Source of the DNA: Eledone cirrhosa
Taxonomy: Eukaryota
Assembly: GCA_964016885.1 (NCBI GenBank)
Contig: OZ024750.1
Coordinates: 52,266,001-52,330,000, forward strand
DNA: 64,000 nucleotides
Direction of reading: 5' to 3'
Shown here one piece after another: positions 37,602 to 51,925 of this stretch. The translations under genes were made by a program, and so were the position numbers. Positions within the stretch are counted from its first letter, which is position 1; each line of letters opens with the position of its first letter. A model generated the notes under the pieces. That model was given only the letters and a program-made list of their open reading frames with translations, did not search any database and was not told where the DNA came from.

Positions 37602-40600
37602 CTGATGAGCCTTCCAACTTGAGACACTTAACATACCTGATGAACCTTCTGACTTGAGACAGACTTAACATATCTGATGAGCCTTCCAACTTGAGACAGA
37701 CTTAACATACCTGATGAGTCTTCCAACTTGAGACAGACTTAACATACCTGATGAGTCTTCCAACTTGAGACAGACTTAACATACCTGATGAGTCTTCCAA
37801 CTTGAGACAGACTTAACATACTTGATGAGCCTTCCAACTTGAGACAGACTTAACATACCTGATGAGCCTTCTGACTTGAGATAGACTTAACCCTTTAGTG
37901 TTCAAACAGCCCGAAAACACCCACACTAAAAAATCATTCTAAAAATAAACAAACCACCATCAAAATCTCGTCCATTCGAGATTACTGTGAGATTAGGCCA
38001 TTACTGCGAAAATTAACACTTAATATAGTGGAACAACTTAAAACAACACGTTATTTTAACTTTGAAAATGCAACAATTTTTTTTTCCGTATCAACATGGC
38101 TTATGAAAGTAGCGATACCAACTTTGAAGGTTTTACACACGACGACATTCAGAATAAACAAGAAACAAACGATAATATTAGTGATTTATCTTCAAATGAA
38201 TCTGATGTTTATATTTCTGAAACTTCGTCCGACGATGATTGTTTTGAAAGTGAAAACTAAGGAGACTTCAGGACGCCATTGAAAATATTACAGCAACGTG
38301 GTTGAAAAATGCCACACTAATGTATGTTCCCGATTTTATTCAAAATACTGGTCCACAACACACATTAGCTCCCGATGCTAAAGCACTGGATTATTTCTTT
38401 TTGTTTTTACCACAAACTTTCTTCGAAGTTGTGACAGAAGAGATTAATCGATATGCCCAACAACAGATTTCAAATCAAGGAAAACCCGATCTGTTTGGCG
38501 ACTGACATGCTGCGGAAATGCAAGCATTTTTTACCGTAAATATTATGTTCGGTATAAAAGAATTTCCAAGACTGTGGAATTGCTGGAGCACTGATATAAG
38601 GTTTAGTGATTCTTATATATCAAGTATTATGCCGAAAACAACGTATTTAAAATTAAACCAGTATTTGCACCTGGTTGATACTTCAAATGCCCCTATTAAT
38701 TAATTTCACCTGCCCATAAAAGTCAAATTTGACCCAAAAAATCAGGTAAAATTATATAATTGTAAATTATTGATATTTAAACATCTACTGACAAAATTTC
38801 AAGCCTGCACATAGAAAATTAAGAAAATTACAAACAAATAAAATTGATAACCCTCTTGAGTATGATTAACTCGAAATAATTATTTCTACTTTTGGCACAA
38901 GGCCAGTAATTACACAGTACATTACTGGTACTTTATTTTATCGACCCCGTAAGGATGAAAGGCAAAGTTAACCTCGGCGGGATTTGAACTCAGATCGTAA
39001 AGGGACGTAACTATGCTGGAAAGCATGTCCGACCCTCTACTGATACTACCAATCCACCGCCTTGATTAACTCAAAATAATGCGAACAGATAAGCATGACA
39101 TTTGAAAATTAATGCGAATGCTAAAGGGTTAACATATCTGATGAGCCTTCTGACTTGAGACAGACTTAACATACCTGATGAGCCTTCTGACTTGAGACAG
39201 ACTTAACATACCTGATGAGCCTTCTGGCTTGAGACAGACTTAACATATCTGATGAACCTTCCGACTTGAGACAGACTTAACATATCTGATGAACCTTCCG
39301 ACTTGAGACAGACTTAACATACCTGATGAGCCTGCTGACTTGAGACAGACTTAACATACCTGATGAGCCTTCTGACTTGAGACAGACTTAACATACCTGA
39401 TGAGCCTTCCGACTTGAGACACTTAACATACCTGATGAGCCTTCTGACTTGAGACAGACTTAACATACCTGATGAGCCTGCTGACTTGAGACAGACTTAA
39501 CATACCTGATGAGCCTGCTGACTTGAGACAGACTTAACATACCTGATGAGCCTGATGAGCCTGCTGACTTGAGACAGACTTAATATACCTGATGAGCCTT
39601 CTGACTTGAGACAGACTTAACATACCTGATGAGCCTTCTGACTTGAGACAGACTTAACATACCTGATGAGCCTTCTGACTTGAGACAGACTTAACATACC
39701 TGATGAGCCTGCTGACTTGAGACAGACTTAACATACCTGATGAGCCTTCCGACTTGAGACAGACTTAACATACCTGATGAGCCTTCCGACTTGAGACAGA
39801 CTTAACATACCTGATGAGCCTTCCGACTTGAGACAGACTTAACATACCTGATGAGCCTGCTGACTTGAGACAGACTTAACATACCTGATGAGCCTGCTGA
39901 CTTGAGACAGACTTAACATACCTGATGAGCCTTCTGACTTGAGACAGACTTAACATACCTGATGAGCCTGCTGACTTGAGACAGACTTAACATACCTGAT
40001 GAGCCTTCCGACTTGAGACAGACTTAATATACCTGATGAGCCTTCTGACTTGAGACAGACTTAATATACCTGATGAGCCTTCTGACTTGAGACAGACTTA
40101 ATATACCTGATGAGCCTTCTGACTTGAGACAGACTTAACATACCTGATGAGCCTTCTGACTTGAGACAGACTTAACATACCTGATGAGCCTTCTGACTTG
40201 AGACAGACTTAACATACCTGATGAGCCTGCTGACTTGAGACAGACTTAACATACCTGATGAGCCTGCTGACTTGAGACAGACTTAACATACCTGATGAGC
40301 CTTCTGACTTGAGACAGACTTAACATACCTGATGAGCCTTCTGACTTGAGACAGACTTAACATACCTGATGAGCCTTCTGACTTGAGACAGACTTAACAT
40401 ACCTGATGAGCCTTCCGACTTGAGACAGACTTAACATACGTGATGAGCCTTCTGACTTGAGACAGACTTAACATACCTGATGAGCCTGCTGACTTGAGAC
40501 AGACTTAACATACCTGATGAGCCTGCTGACTTGAGACAGACTTAACATACCTGATGAGCCTTCCGACTTGAGACAGACTTAACATACCTGATGAGCCTTC

Positions 40601-43600
40601 CGACTTGAGACAGACTTAACATACCTGATGAGCCTGCTGACTTGAGACAGACTTAACATACCTGATGAGCCTGCTGACTTGAGACAGACTTAACATACCT
40701 GATGAGCCTGCTGACTTGAGACAGACTTAACATACCTGATGAGCCTGCTGACTTGAGACAGACTTAACATACCTGATGAGCCTGCTGACTTGAGACAGAC
40801 TTAACATACCTGATGAGCCTGCTGACTTGAGACAGACTTAACATACCTGATGAGCCTTCTGACTTGAGACAGACTTAACATACCTGATGAGCCTGCTGAC
40901 TTGAGACAGACTTAACATACCTGATGAGCCTGCTGACTTGAGACAGACTTAACATACCTGATGAGCCTTCCGACTTGAGACAGACTTAACATACCTGATG
41001 AGCCTGCTGACTTGAGACAGACTTAACATACCTGATGAGCCTGCTGACTTGAGACAGACTTAACATACCTGATGAGCCTGCTGACTTGAGACAGACTTAA
41101 CATACCTGATGAGCCTGCTGACTTGAGACAGACTTAACATACCTGATGAGCCTGCTGACTTGAGACAGACTTAACATACCTGATGAGCCTTCCGACTTGA
41201 GACAGACTTAACATACCTGATGAGCCTGCTGACTTGAGACAGACTTAACATACCTGATGAGCCTGCTGACTTGAGACAGACTTAACATACTTGATGAGCC
41301 TGCTGACTTGAGACAGACTTAACATGCCTGATGAGCCTTCCGACTTGAGACAGACTTAACATGCCTGATGAGCCTTCCGACTTGAGACAGACTTAACATA
41401 CCTGATGAGCCTTCCGACTTGAGACAGACTTAACATACCTGATGAGCCTTCCGACTTGAGACAGACTTAACATACCTGATGAGCCTTCCGACTTGAGACA
41501 GACTTAACATACCTGATGAGCCTTCTGACTTGAGACAGACTTAACATACCTGATGAGCCTTCTGACTTGAGACAGACTTAACATACCTGATGAGCCTTCT
41601 GACTTGAGACAGACTTAACATACCTGATGAGCCTGCTGACTTGAGACAGACTTAACATACCTGATGAGCCTTCCGACTTGAGACAGACTTAACATACCTG
41701 ATGAGCCTGCTGACTTGAGACAGACTTAACATACCTGATGAGCCTGCTGACTTGAGACAGACTTAACATACCTGATGAGCCTTCCGACTTGAGACAGACT
41801 TAACATACCTGATGAGCCTTCCGACTTGAGACAGACTTAACATACCTGATGAGCCTGCTGACTTGAGACAGACTTAACATACCTGATGAGCCTTCCAACT
41901 TGAGACAGACTTAACATACCTGATGAGCCTGCTGACTTGAGACAGACTTAACATACCTGATGAGCCTTCCGACTTGAGACAGACTTAACATACCTGATGA
42001 GCCTGCTGACTTGAGACAGACTTAACATACCTGATGAGCCTTCCGACTTGAGACAGACTTAACATACCTGATGAGCCTGCTGACTTGAGACAGACTTAAC
42101 ATACCTGATGAGCCTGCTGACTTGAGACAGACTTAACATACCTGATGAGCCTGCTGACTTGAGACAGACTTAACATACCTGATGAGCCTGCTGACTTCAG
42201 ACAGACTTAACATACCTGATGAGCCTGCTGACTTCAGACAGACTTAACATACCTGATGAGCCTGCTGACTTGAGACAGACTTAACATACCTGATGAGCCT
42301 GCTGACTTGAGACAGACTTAACATACCTGATGAGCCTGCTGACTTGAGACAGACTTAACATACCTGATGAGCCTGCTGACTTGAGACAGACTTAACATAC
42401 CTGATGAGCCTGCTGACTTGAGACAGACTTAACATACCTGATGAGCCTTCCGACTTGAGACAGACTTAACATACCTGATGAGCCTGCTGACTTGAGACAG
42501 ACTTAACATACCTGATGAGCCTGCTGACTTGAGACAGACTTAACATACCTGATGAGCCTGCTGACTTGAGACAGACTTAACATACCTGATGAGCCTGCTG
42601 ACTTGAGACAGACTTAACATACCTGATGAGCCTGCTGACTTGAGACAGACTTAACATACCTGATGAGCCTTCCGACTTGAGACAGACTTAACATACCTGA
42701 TGAGCCTGCTGACTTGAGACAGACTTAACATACCTGATGAGCCTGCTGACTTGAGACAGACTTAACATACCTGATGAGCCTTCTGACTTGAGACAGACTT
42801 AACATACCTGATGAGCCTTCTGACTTGAGACAGACTTAACATACCTGATGAGCCTGCTGACTTGAGACAGACTTAACATACCTGATGAGCCTTCCGACTT
42901 GAGACAGACTTAACATACCTGATGAGCCTGCTGACTTGGGACAGACTTAACATACCTGATGAGCCTGCTGACTTGAGACAGACTTAACATACCTGATGAG
43001 CCTGCTGACTTGAGACAGACTTAACATACCTGATGAGCCTGCTGACTTGAGACAGACTTAACATACCTGATGAGCCTGCTGACTTGAGACAGACTTAACA
43101 TACCTGATGAGCCTGCCGACTTAAGACACTTAACATACCTGATGAGCCTTCCGACTTGAGACAGACTTAACATACCTGATGAGCCTTCTGACTTGAGACA
43201 GACTTAACATACCTGATGAGCCTGCTGACTTGAGACAGACTTAACATACCTGATGAGCCTGCTGACTTGAGACAGACTTAACATACCTGATGAGCCTTCC
43301 GACTTGAGACAGACTTAACATACCTGATGAGCCTGCTGACTTGAGACAGACTTAACATACTTGATGAGCCTGCTGACTTGAGACAGACTTAACATGCCTG
43401 ATGAGCCTGCTGACTTGAGACAGACTTAACATGCCTGATGAGCCTTCCGACTTGAGACAGACTTAACATGCCTGATGAGCCTTCCGACTTGAGACAGACT
43501 TAACATACCTGATGAGCCTTCCGACTTGAGACAGACTTAACATACCTGATGAGCCTTCCGACTTGAGACAGACTTAACATACCTGATGAGCCTTCTGACT

Positions 43601-43988
43601 TGAGACAGACTTAACATACCTGATGAGCCTTCTGACTTGAGACAGACTTAACATACCTGATGAGCCTTCCGACTTGAGACAGACTTAACATACCTGATGA
43701 GCCTGCTGACTTGAGACAGACTTAACATACCTGATGAGCCTTCCGACTTGAGACAGACTTAACATACCTGATGAGCCTGCTGACTTGAGACAGACTTAAC
43801 ATACCTGATGAGCCTGCTGACTTGAGACAGACTTAACATACCTGATGAGCCTTCTGACTTGAGACAGACTTAACATACCTGATGAGCCTTCTGACTTGAG
43901 ACAGACTTAACATACCTGATGAGCCTTCTGACTTGAGACAGACTTAACATACCTGATGAGCCTTCCGACTTGAGACAGACTTAACATA
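37565..43988. repeat. 37-bp satellite: ~9 units + piggyBac insert + ~131 units
   Basis: Unit CTGATGAGCCT(GCT/TCT/TCC)GACTTGAGACAGACTTAACATAC. Confidence 0.98.
37891..39128 (+). mobile_element. Non-autonomous piggyBac deletion derivative, copy 2, containing a full SINE A (38878-39061, minus)
   Basis: TTAA TSDs at 37887-37890 and 39129-39132 (the TTAA of a satellite unit); same TIRs and peptides as 16706-17817. Confidence 0.93.
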
Positions 43989-45074
43989 TGTGTATTTGTA
44001 AAATAAAGATATATTTCTCTTAGCACAGATACTCCCCTCCCATTTTGGTTTATATACAGTAGTTATTCACTCCTGGTTCTTGAAAGGTTTCCCACCATTG
44101 CTCTACATGGTGGCTGAACCTGCTAAAAATACCAACCAAAAATCTTTGAAATTGCACCCTTCTGTCTTAAAAAAAGATATTGTCCTAAAGATAAATCTTA
44201 TTAGAAAGGGGCTTAGTATATCAGTCCAAGGTCTGGAAAGGTTCATAAATATTTGAGGTCACTGTCCGTATCTCAGCTATTTTGAATTTTGAGAGGAGCC
44301 TCTCTCCTCTGGGCCTGAACTCAGTGTTGTTCCACCTTGCAAAACTCCCCTTGAAGGCCTTTCCGAAAGACTCTATGACCGATGTGAGGGGCTGGTGGTT
44401 ACTTTGATCATAGGTTTGTTTAATCAAGGCTGGGGTTAAACCACCATATCAGTCAACCCTACAAAGTGTGCTGTTCTTCTCTTCCTTCTCATCTGAGTAA
44501 ATAATTGTGACATGAAGGTGTATGTATGTGCTGTTAAGTACAACTGCCTATCTCTGCTTACATACAAAAATACATGTATCAACCAAAGTTATGTTGACTG
44601 TGGAGAATTTTAATTAAAACAAGACAATTTGATGATGGAAGCTAACCTTTTATCAACCGAGGAATGTTTTTTATTCTTTGGTGAAAATTAGAAATGTTGA
44701 TTGATTGATTAATATTGCAGTTTTTAGTTTAACCCTTCAACATTTAAACCAACCAGAACTCACCTCTTTCTGTTCAAACCAATTGTAAGTGGCCATTCAT
44801 ACCAATGTTAAGGTATTGTTCTCAAAATAAATATCAAAATCTCAGATTTAATATTATGTGAGCTAAAGCCTTTACCAAGAAAATACAATAGTAAATATAG
44901 AGTAATGTAAAGAAAGTTTTCTACTAGGAACTTTGTAAAACAAACAGCAATTTAAACCCTTATTCAGTTGTTTTGTTTGTTTTTTTGTGTTGTTTATTAA
45001 TTTTTGTCTATTTTCAGACCTTTTCTATTAAAATTCATTTACTAATCAGTTTAAATTCCTTTCTTTTTTTTAAG

Positions 45075-45129
45075 GATGGTAGAGTGTTGTTTTGGGATAC
45101 AAGAAAATCTCGTCCAGCCTGTATTGTTG
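45075..45129 (+). CDS. WDR77: Internal coding exon of a WD40-repeat protein, probably methylosome protein 50 (MEP50)
   Basis: Pyrimidine tract-AAG acceptor, GTAAGT donor; phase 0 to phase 1, 55 nt; DGRVLFWDTRKSRPACIV resembles human MEP50 DNRILLWDTRCPKPASQI (recalled). Neighbouring exons were not found in the window. Confidence 0.65.
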
Positions 45130-46185
45130 GTAAGTAAAACTTTCAAAGAATTTAAGCCATTTGTGACCAATCACCTGAAATCACCCCTGGTTCTATGATA
45201 CAAGACAATTTATAATGTCTCTATTCATCTAAAAACCTTCCATCATAAATTTTATCTAACAACTTTAACTTATGCTTAAAACACCAGCTAAATAATTTTA
45301 CTAAATCCCACTAAATACTTGATTATTTTCAACAAAAAAATTTGAAAAACTTGGGCAAAGTTGACTTCGGTGAGATTTGAACAATGTTCTAATGACTCTA
45401 CCAAATTTATTATTTGGAGGAGCCAGGGGACAATTTACAGTTCACACCTATGTAAGTTTAGTTGGATTTTAATGAGAGGAGCCCAGACCTATCATAAGAA
45501 GCAACATGAAATAAAGCATTTGCTCATGGACACAATGTGCCACCCAGTCCTGGCATTGAACCCACAACTAAATGATTGTGAATCTAACACCCTAACCATG
45601 TCTTCACCTATTATTATTATTTATTTGTTATAATTTTTTTTTTTACTTTGATTTCTTATCTTATCACATTACGTCTCCAATATTGTATTTCACTCTTCAG
45701 TTTCTTACCAAACTTAATTAAATATGTCCTTATCACTTTCTAAAAATAGATTCTGGTAAACATGGCATTTTATTGTGAGTTTCTCAAGATAAATTCTTCT
45801 AGAATCTATCAACATAGTTGTTTTGTTTTATTTATTACAATTTCACATTCTCTAATAAGTAACATTAATATACAGACACACACACGGATTATTGTTACTT
45901 ATCAGAGAAGATGAAATGTATGTATATATGTTTGTCTGTCTGAAAGTATTGTGCATATTTTTAGTTTGGATAAATTCCAGTTCTGTAAAATTGTGTGTGT
46001 GTGTGCAGACACAGCTGTGTGGTTAAGGAGTTCATTTAGTGTTCTAAGCATAATAGCTAGTACAGAGCCTAAGGGTTGGATACATGGGGGGAGGAGAAGT
46101 TGAGGCCTGAAAGCAAGCTCCAAGGAGTAGAAGCCATTGTAGTAGTGGTAGATGAGACAGGTGAGTGGAACATTATACTCCATTG

Positions 46186-46350
46186 TATGTTGTTGTGGTC
46201 CTAAAGAGAAAGGTCATGGGATGTGGCTCTTAGTCACCTGCACTATGTTGTTGTGGTCTAAAGAGAATGGCCACGGGGTGTGGCTCTTAGTCACCTGCAC
46301 TATGTTGTTGTGGTCCTAAAGAGAAAGGCCACGGGATGTGGTTCTTATGT
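46186..46350. repeat. ~57-bp tandem repeat, 3 copies
   Basis: TATGTTGTTGTGGTCCTAAAGAGAAAGG..TGTGGCTCTTAGTCACCTGCAC. Confidence 0.9.
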
Positions 46351-46504
46351 TGGGGATATAGAAACTTTTAAAATAAAACATTAACAATAATTTTAAAAAA
46401 CTAAACAAAAGGTAAAGTATTTTCTACATTTAAAAAACACACAAAAACTATTAACTTTATTTTATATTATTTCTTGGTGTCAACATTTTGTAGTCTGGTG
46501 CTGA

Positions 46505-49500
46505 CTGACAGATGTGAATTGATGTCACAGTATCTTCTGTCATCCTAGATCTGGAGCTGACAGATGTGAATTGATGTCACAGTATCTTCTGTCATCCTAC
46601 ATCTGGTACTGACAGATGTGAATTGATGTCACAGTATCTTGTCATCCTACATCTGGAGCTGACAGATATGAATTGATGTCACAGTATCTTCTGTCATCCT
46701 ACATCTGGTACTGACAGATGTGAATTGATGTCACAGTATCTTCTGTCATCCTACATCTGGTACTGACAGATATGAATTGATGTCACAGTATCTTCTGTCA
46801 TCCTACATCTGGTACTGACAGATGTGAATTGATGTCACAGTATCTTCTGTCATCCTACATCTGGAGCTGACAGATGTGAATTGATGTCACAGTATCTTCT
46901 GTCATCCTAGATCTGGAGCTGACAGATGTGAATTGATGTCACAGTATCTTCTGTCATCCTACATCTGGAGCTGACAGATGTGAATTGATGTCACAGTATC
47001 TTGTCATCCTACATCTGGAGTTGACAGATGTGAATTGATGTCACAGTATCTTGTCATCCTACATCTGGTACTGACAGATGTGAATTGATGTCACAGTATC
47101 TTGTCATCCTACATCTGGTACTGACAGATATGAATTGATGTCACAGTATCTTGTCATCCTACATCTGGTACTGACAGATATGAATTGATGTCACAGTATC
47201 TTCTGTCATCCTACATCTGGTACTGACAGATGTGAATTGAGGTCACAGTATCTTGTCGTCCTACATCTGGTACTGACAGATGTGAATTAATGTCACAGTA
47301 TCTTGTCATCCTACATCTGGTACTGACAGATATGAATTGATGTCACAGTATCTTCTGTCATCCTACATCTGGTACTGACAGATGTGAATTGAGGTCACAG
47401 TATCTTGTCGTCCTACATCTGGTACTGACAGATGTGAATTGATGTCACAGTATCTTGTCATCCTACATCTGGTACTGACAGATATGAATTAATGTCACAG
47501 TATCTTGTCATCCTACATCTGGTACTGACAGATATGAATTGATGTCACAGTATCTTGTCATCCTACATCTGGTACTGACAGATATGAATTGATGTCACAG
47601 TATCTTGTCATCCTACATCTGGTACTGACAGATGTGAATTGAGGTCACAGTATCTTCTGTCATCCTACATCTGGAGCTGACAGATATGAATTGATGTCAC
47701 AGTATCTTCTGTCATCCTACATCTGGAGCTGACAGATGTGAATTGATGTCACAGTATCTTCTGTCATCCTACATCTGGAGCTGACAGATGTGAATTGATG
47801 TCACAGTATCTTGTCATCCTACATCTGGAGTTGACAGATGTGAATTGATGTCACAGTATCTTGTCATCCTACATCTGGTACTGACAGATGTGAATTGATG
47901 TCACAGTATCTTGTCATCCTACATCTGGTACTGACAGATATGAATTGATGTCACAGTATCTTGTCATCCTACATCTGGTACTGACAGATATGAATTGATG
48001 TCACAGTATCTTCTGTCATCCTACATCTGGTACTGACAGATGTGAATTGAGGTCACAGTATCTTGTCGTCCTACATCTGGTACTGACAGATGTGAATTGA
48101 TGTCACAGTATCTTGTCATCCTACATCTGGTACTGACAGATATGAATTAATGTCACAGTATCTTGTCATCCTACATCTGGTACTGACAGATATGAATTGA
48201 TGTCACAGTATCTTGTCATCCTACATCTGGTACTGACAGATATGAATTGATGTCACAGTATCTTGTCATCCTACATCTGGTACTGACAGATGTGAATTGA
48301 GGTCACAGTATCTTCTGTCATCCTACATCTGGAGCTGACAGATATGAATTGATGTCACAGTATCTTCTGTCATCCTACATCTGGAGCTGACAGATGTGAA
48401 TTGATGTCACAGTATCTTCTGTCATCCTACATCTGGAGCTGACAGATGTGAATTGATGTCACAGTATCTTGTCATCCTACATCTGGAGTTGACAGATGTG
48501 AATTGATGTCACAGTATCTTGTCATCCTACATCTGGTACTGACAGATGTGAATTGATGTCACAGTATCTTGTCATCCTACATCTGGTACTGACAGATATG
48601 AATTGATGTCACAGTATCTTGTCATCCTACATCTGGTACTGACAGATATGAATTGATGTCACAGTATCTTCTGTCATCCTACATCTGGTACTGACAGATG
48701 TGAATTGAGGTCACAGTATCTTGTCGTCCTACATCTGGTACTGACAGATGTGAATTAATGTCACAGTATCTTGTCATCCTACATCTGGTACTGACAGATA
48801 TGAATTGATGTCACAGTATCTTCTGTCATCCTACATCTGGTACTGACAGATGTGAATTGAGGTCACAGTATCTTGTCGTCCTACATCTGGTACTGACAGA
48901 TGTGAATTGATGTCACAGTATCTTGTCATCCTACATCTGGTACTGACAGATATGAATTAATGTCACAGTATCTTGTCATCCTACATCTGGTACTGACAGA
49001 TATGAATTGATGTCACAGTATCTTGTCATCCTACATCTGGTACTGACAGATATGAATTGATGTCACAGTATCTTGTCATCCTACATCTGGTACTGACAGA
49101 TGTGAATTGAGGTCACAGTATCTTCTGTCATCCTACATCTGGAGCTGACAGATATGAATTGATGTCACAGTATCTTCTGTCATCCTACATCTGGAGCTGA
49201 CAGATGTGAATTAATGTCACAGTATCTTGTCATCCTACATCTGGTACTGACAGATATGAATTGATGTCACAGTATCTTGTCATCCTACATCTGGTACTGA
49301 CAGATGTGAATTGAGGTCACAGTATCTTCTGTCATCCTACATCTGGAGCTGACAGATATGAATTGATGTCACAGTATCTTCTGTCATCCTACATCTGGAG
49401 CTGACAGATGTGAATTAATGTCACAGTATCTTGTCATCCTACATCTGGTACTGACAGATATGAATTGATGTCACAGTATCTTGTCATCCTACATCTGGTA

Positions 49501-51390
49501 CTGACAGATGTGAATTGAGGTCACAGTATCTTCTGTCATCCTACATCTGGAGCTGACAGATATGAATTGATGTCACAGTATCTTCTGTCATCCTACATCT
49601 GGAGCTGACAGATGTGAATTAATGTCACAGTATCTTGTCATCCTACATCTGGTACTGACAGATATGAATTGATGTCACAGTATCTTGTCATCCTACATCT
49701 GGTACTGACAGATGTGAATTGAGGTCACAGTATCTTCTGTCATCCTACATCTGGAGCTGACAGATATGAATTGATGTCACAGTATCTTCTGTCATCCTAC
49801 ATCTGGAGCTGACAGATGTGAATTAATGTCACAGTATCTTGTCATCCTACATCTGGTACTGACAGATATGAATTGAGGTCACAGTATCTTCTGTCATCCT
49901 AGATCTGGAGCTGACAGATGTGAATTGATGTCACAGTATCTTCTGTCATCCTACATCTGGAGCTGACAGATATGAATTGATGTCACAGTATCTTCTGTCA
50001 TCCTACATCTGGAGCTGACAGATGTGAATTAATGTCACAGTATCTTGTCATCCTACATCTGGTACTGACAGATATGAATTGATGTCACAGTATCTTGTCA
50101 TCCTACATCTGGTACTGACAGATGTGAATTGAGGTCACAGTATCTTCTGTCATCCTACATCTGGAGCTGACAGATATGAATTGATGTCACAGTATCTTCT
50201 GTCATCCTACATCTGGAGCTGACAGATGTGAATTAATGTCACAGTATCTTGTCATCCTACATCTGGTACTGACAGATATGAATTGATGTCACAGTATCTT
50301 GTCATCCTACATCTGGTACTGACAGATGTGAATTGAGGTCACAGTATCTTCTGTCATCCTACATCTGGAGCTGACAGATATGAATTGATGTCACAGTATC
50401 TTCTGTCATCCTACATCTGGAGCTGACAGATGTGAATTGAGGTCACAGTATCTTCTGTCATCCTACATCTGGAGCTGACAGATATGAATTGATGTCACAG
50501 TATCTTCTGTCATCCTACATCTGGAGCTGACAGATGTGAATTAATGTCACAGTATCTTGTCATCCTACATCTGGAGTTGACAGATGTGAATTGATGTCAC
50601 AGTATCTTGTCATCCTACATCTGGAGTTGACAGATGTGAATTGATGTCACAGTATCTTGTCATCCTACATCTGGTACTGACAGATGTGAATTGATGTCAC
50701 AGTATCTTGTCATCCTACATCTGGTACTGACAGATGTGAATTAATGTCACAGTATCTTGTCATCCTACATCTGGAGCTGACAGATGTGAATTAATGTCAC
50801 AGTATCTTGTCATCCTACATCTGGTACTGACAGATATGAATTGATGTCACAGTATCTTGTCATCCTACATCTGGAGCTGACAGATGTGAATTGATGTCAC
50901 AGTATCTTGTCATCCTACATCTGGTACTGACAGATATGAATTGAGGTCACAGTATCTTCTGTCATCCTACATCTGGAGCTGACAGATATGAATTGATGTC
51001 ACAGTATCTTCTGTCATCCTACATCTGGAGCTGACAGATGTGAATTAATGTCACAGTATCTTGTCATCCTACATCTGGAGCTGACAGATGTGAATTGATG
51101 TCACAGTATCTTCTGTCATCCTACATCTGGTACTGACAGATATGAATTGATGTCACAGTATCTTCTGTCATCCTACATCTGGTACTGACAGATATGAATT
51201 GATGTCACAGTATCTTCTGTCATCCTACATCTGGTACTGACAGATATGAATTGATGTCACAGTATCTTGTCATCCTACATCTGGTACTGACAGATGTGAA
51301 TTGATGTCACAGTATCTTCTGTCATCCTACATCTGGAGCTGACAGATGTGAATTGATGTCACAGTATCTTCTGTTGTCTTAACATCTGGT
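46505..51390. repeat. 50/52-bp satellite, ~95 units, with higher-order structure
   Basis: Unit CTGACAGAT(G/A)TGAATTGATGTCACAGTATCTT(CT)GTCATCCTACATCTGG(TA/AG). Confidence 0.98.
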
Positions 51391-51925
51391 ACTGACAGAT
51401 GTGGGTTGATGTCAGTATCTTCTGTCTTACATCTGGTACTGACAGATGTGGGTTGATGTCAGTATCTTCTGTTTTACATCTGGTACTGACAGATGTGGGT
51501 TGATGTCAGTATCTTCTGTCTTACATCTGGTACTGACAGATGTGGGTTGATGTCAGTATCTTCTGTCTTACATCTGGTACTGACAGATGTGGGTTGATGT
51601 CGGTATCTTCTGTCTTACATCTGGTACTGACAGATGTGGGTTGATGTCAGTATCTTCTGTCTTACATTTGGTACTGACAGATGTGGGTTGATGTCAGTAT
51701 CTTCTGTCTTACATCTGGTACTGACAGATGTGGGTTGATGTCAGTATCTTCTGTCTTACATCTGGTACTGACAGATGTGGGTTGATGTCAGTATCTTCTG
51801 TCTTACATCTGGTACTGACAGATGTGGGTTGATGACAGTATCTTCTGCCTTACACCTGGTGCTGACAGATGTGGGTTGATGTCAGTATCTTCTGTCTTAC
51901 ATCTGGTGCTGACAGATGTAGGTTG
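51391..51925. repeat. 47-bp variant sub-array, ~11 units
   Basis: Unit CTGACAGATGTGGGTTGATGTCAGTATCTTCTGTCTTACATCTGGTA. Confidence 0.95.

Noticed and set aside
37565-43988. 37-bp repeats as a CRISPR array
   Set aside because: Units are contiguous with no unique spacers, no cas genes, and the context is eukaryotic
39133-43988. CTGATGAG..GAGAC in each 37-mer as tandem hammerheads, or TGATGA/CTGA as C/D boxes
   Set aside because: GAGA instead of GAAA, no helix I/III or UH site can be formed; boxes are too close and lack terminal stems; the motif is explained by the SINE tail
46505-51390. Satellite frame reading TVSCHPTSG as a duplicated WD40 exon
   Set aside because: Unit length is not a multiple of 3, stops are frequent and there are no splice sites; likely coincidence
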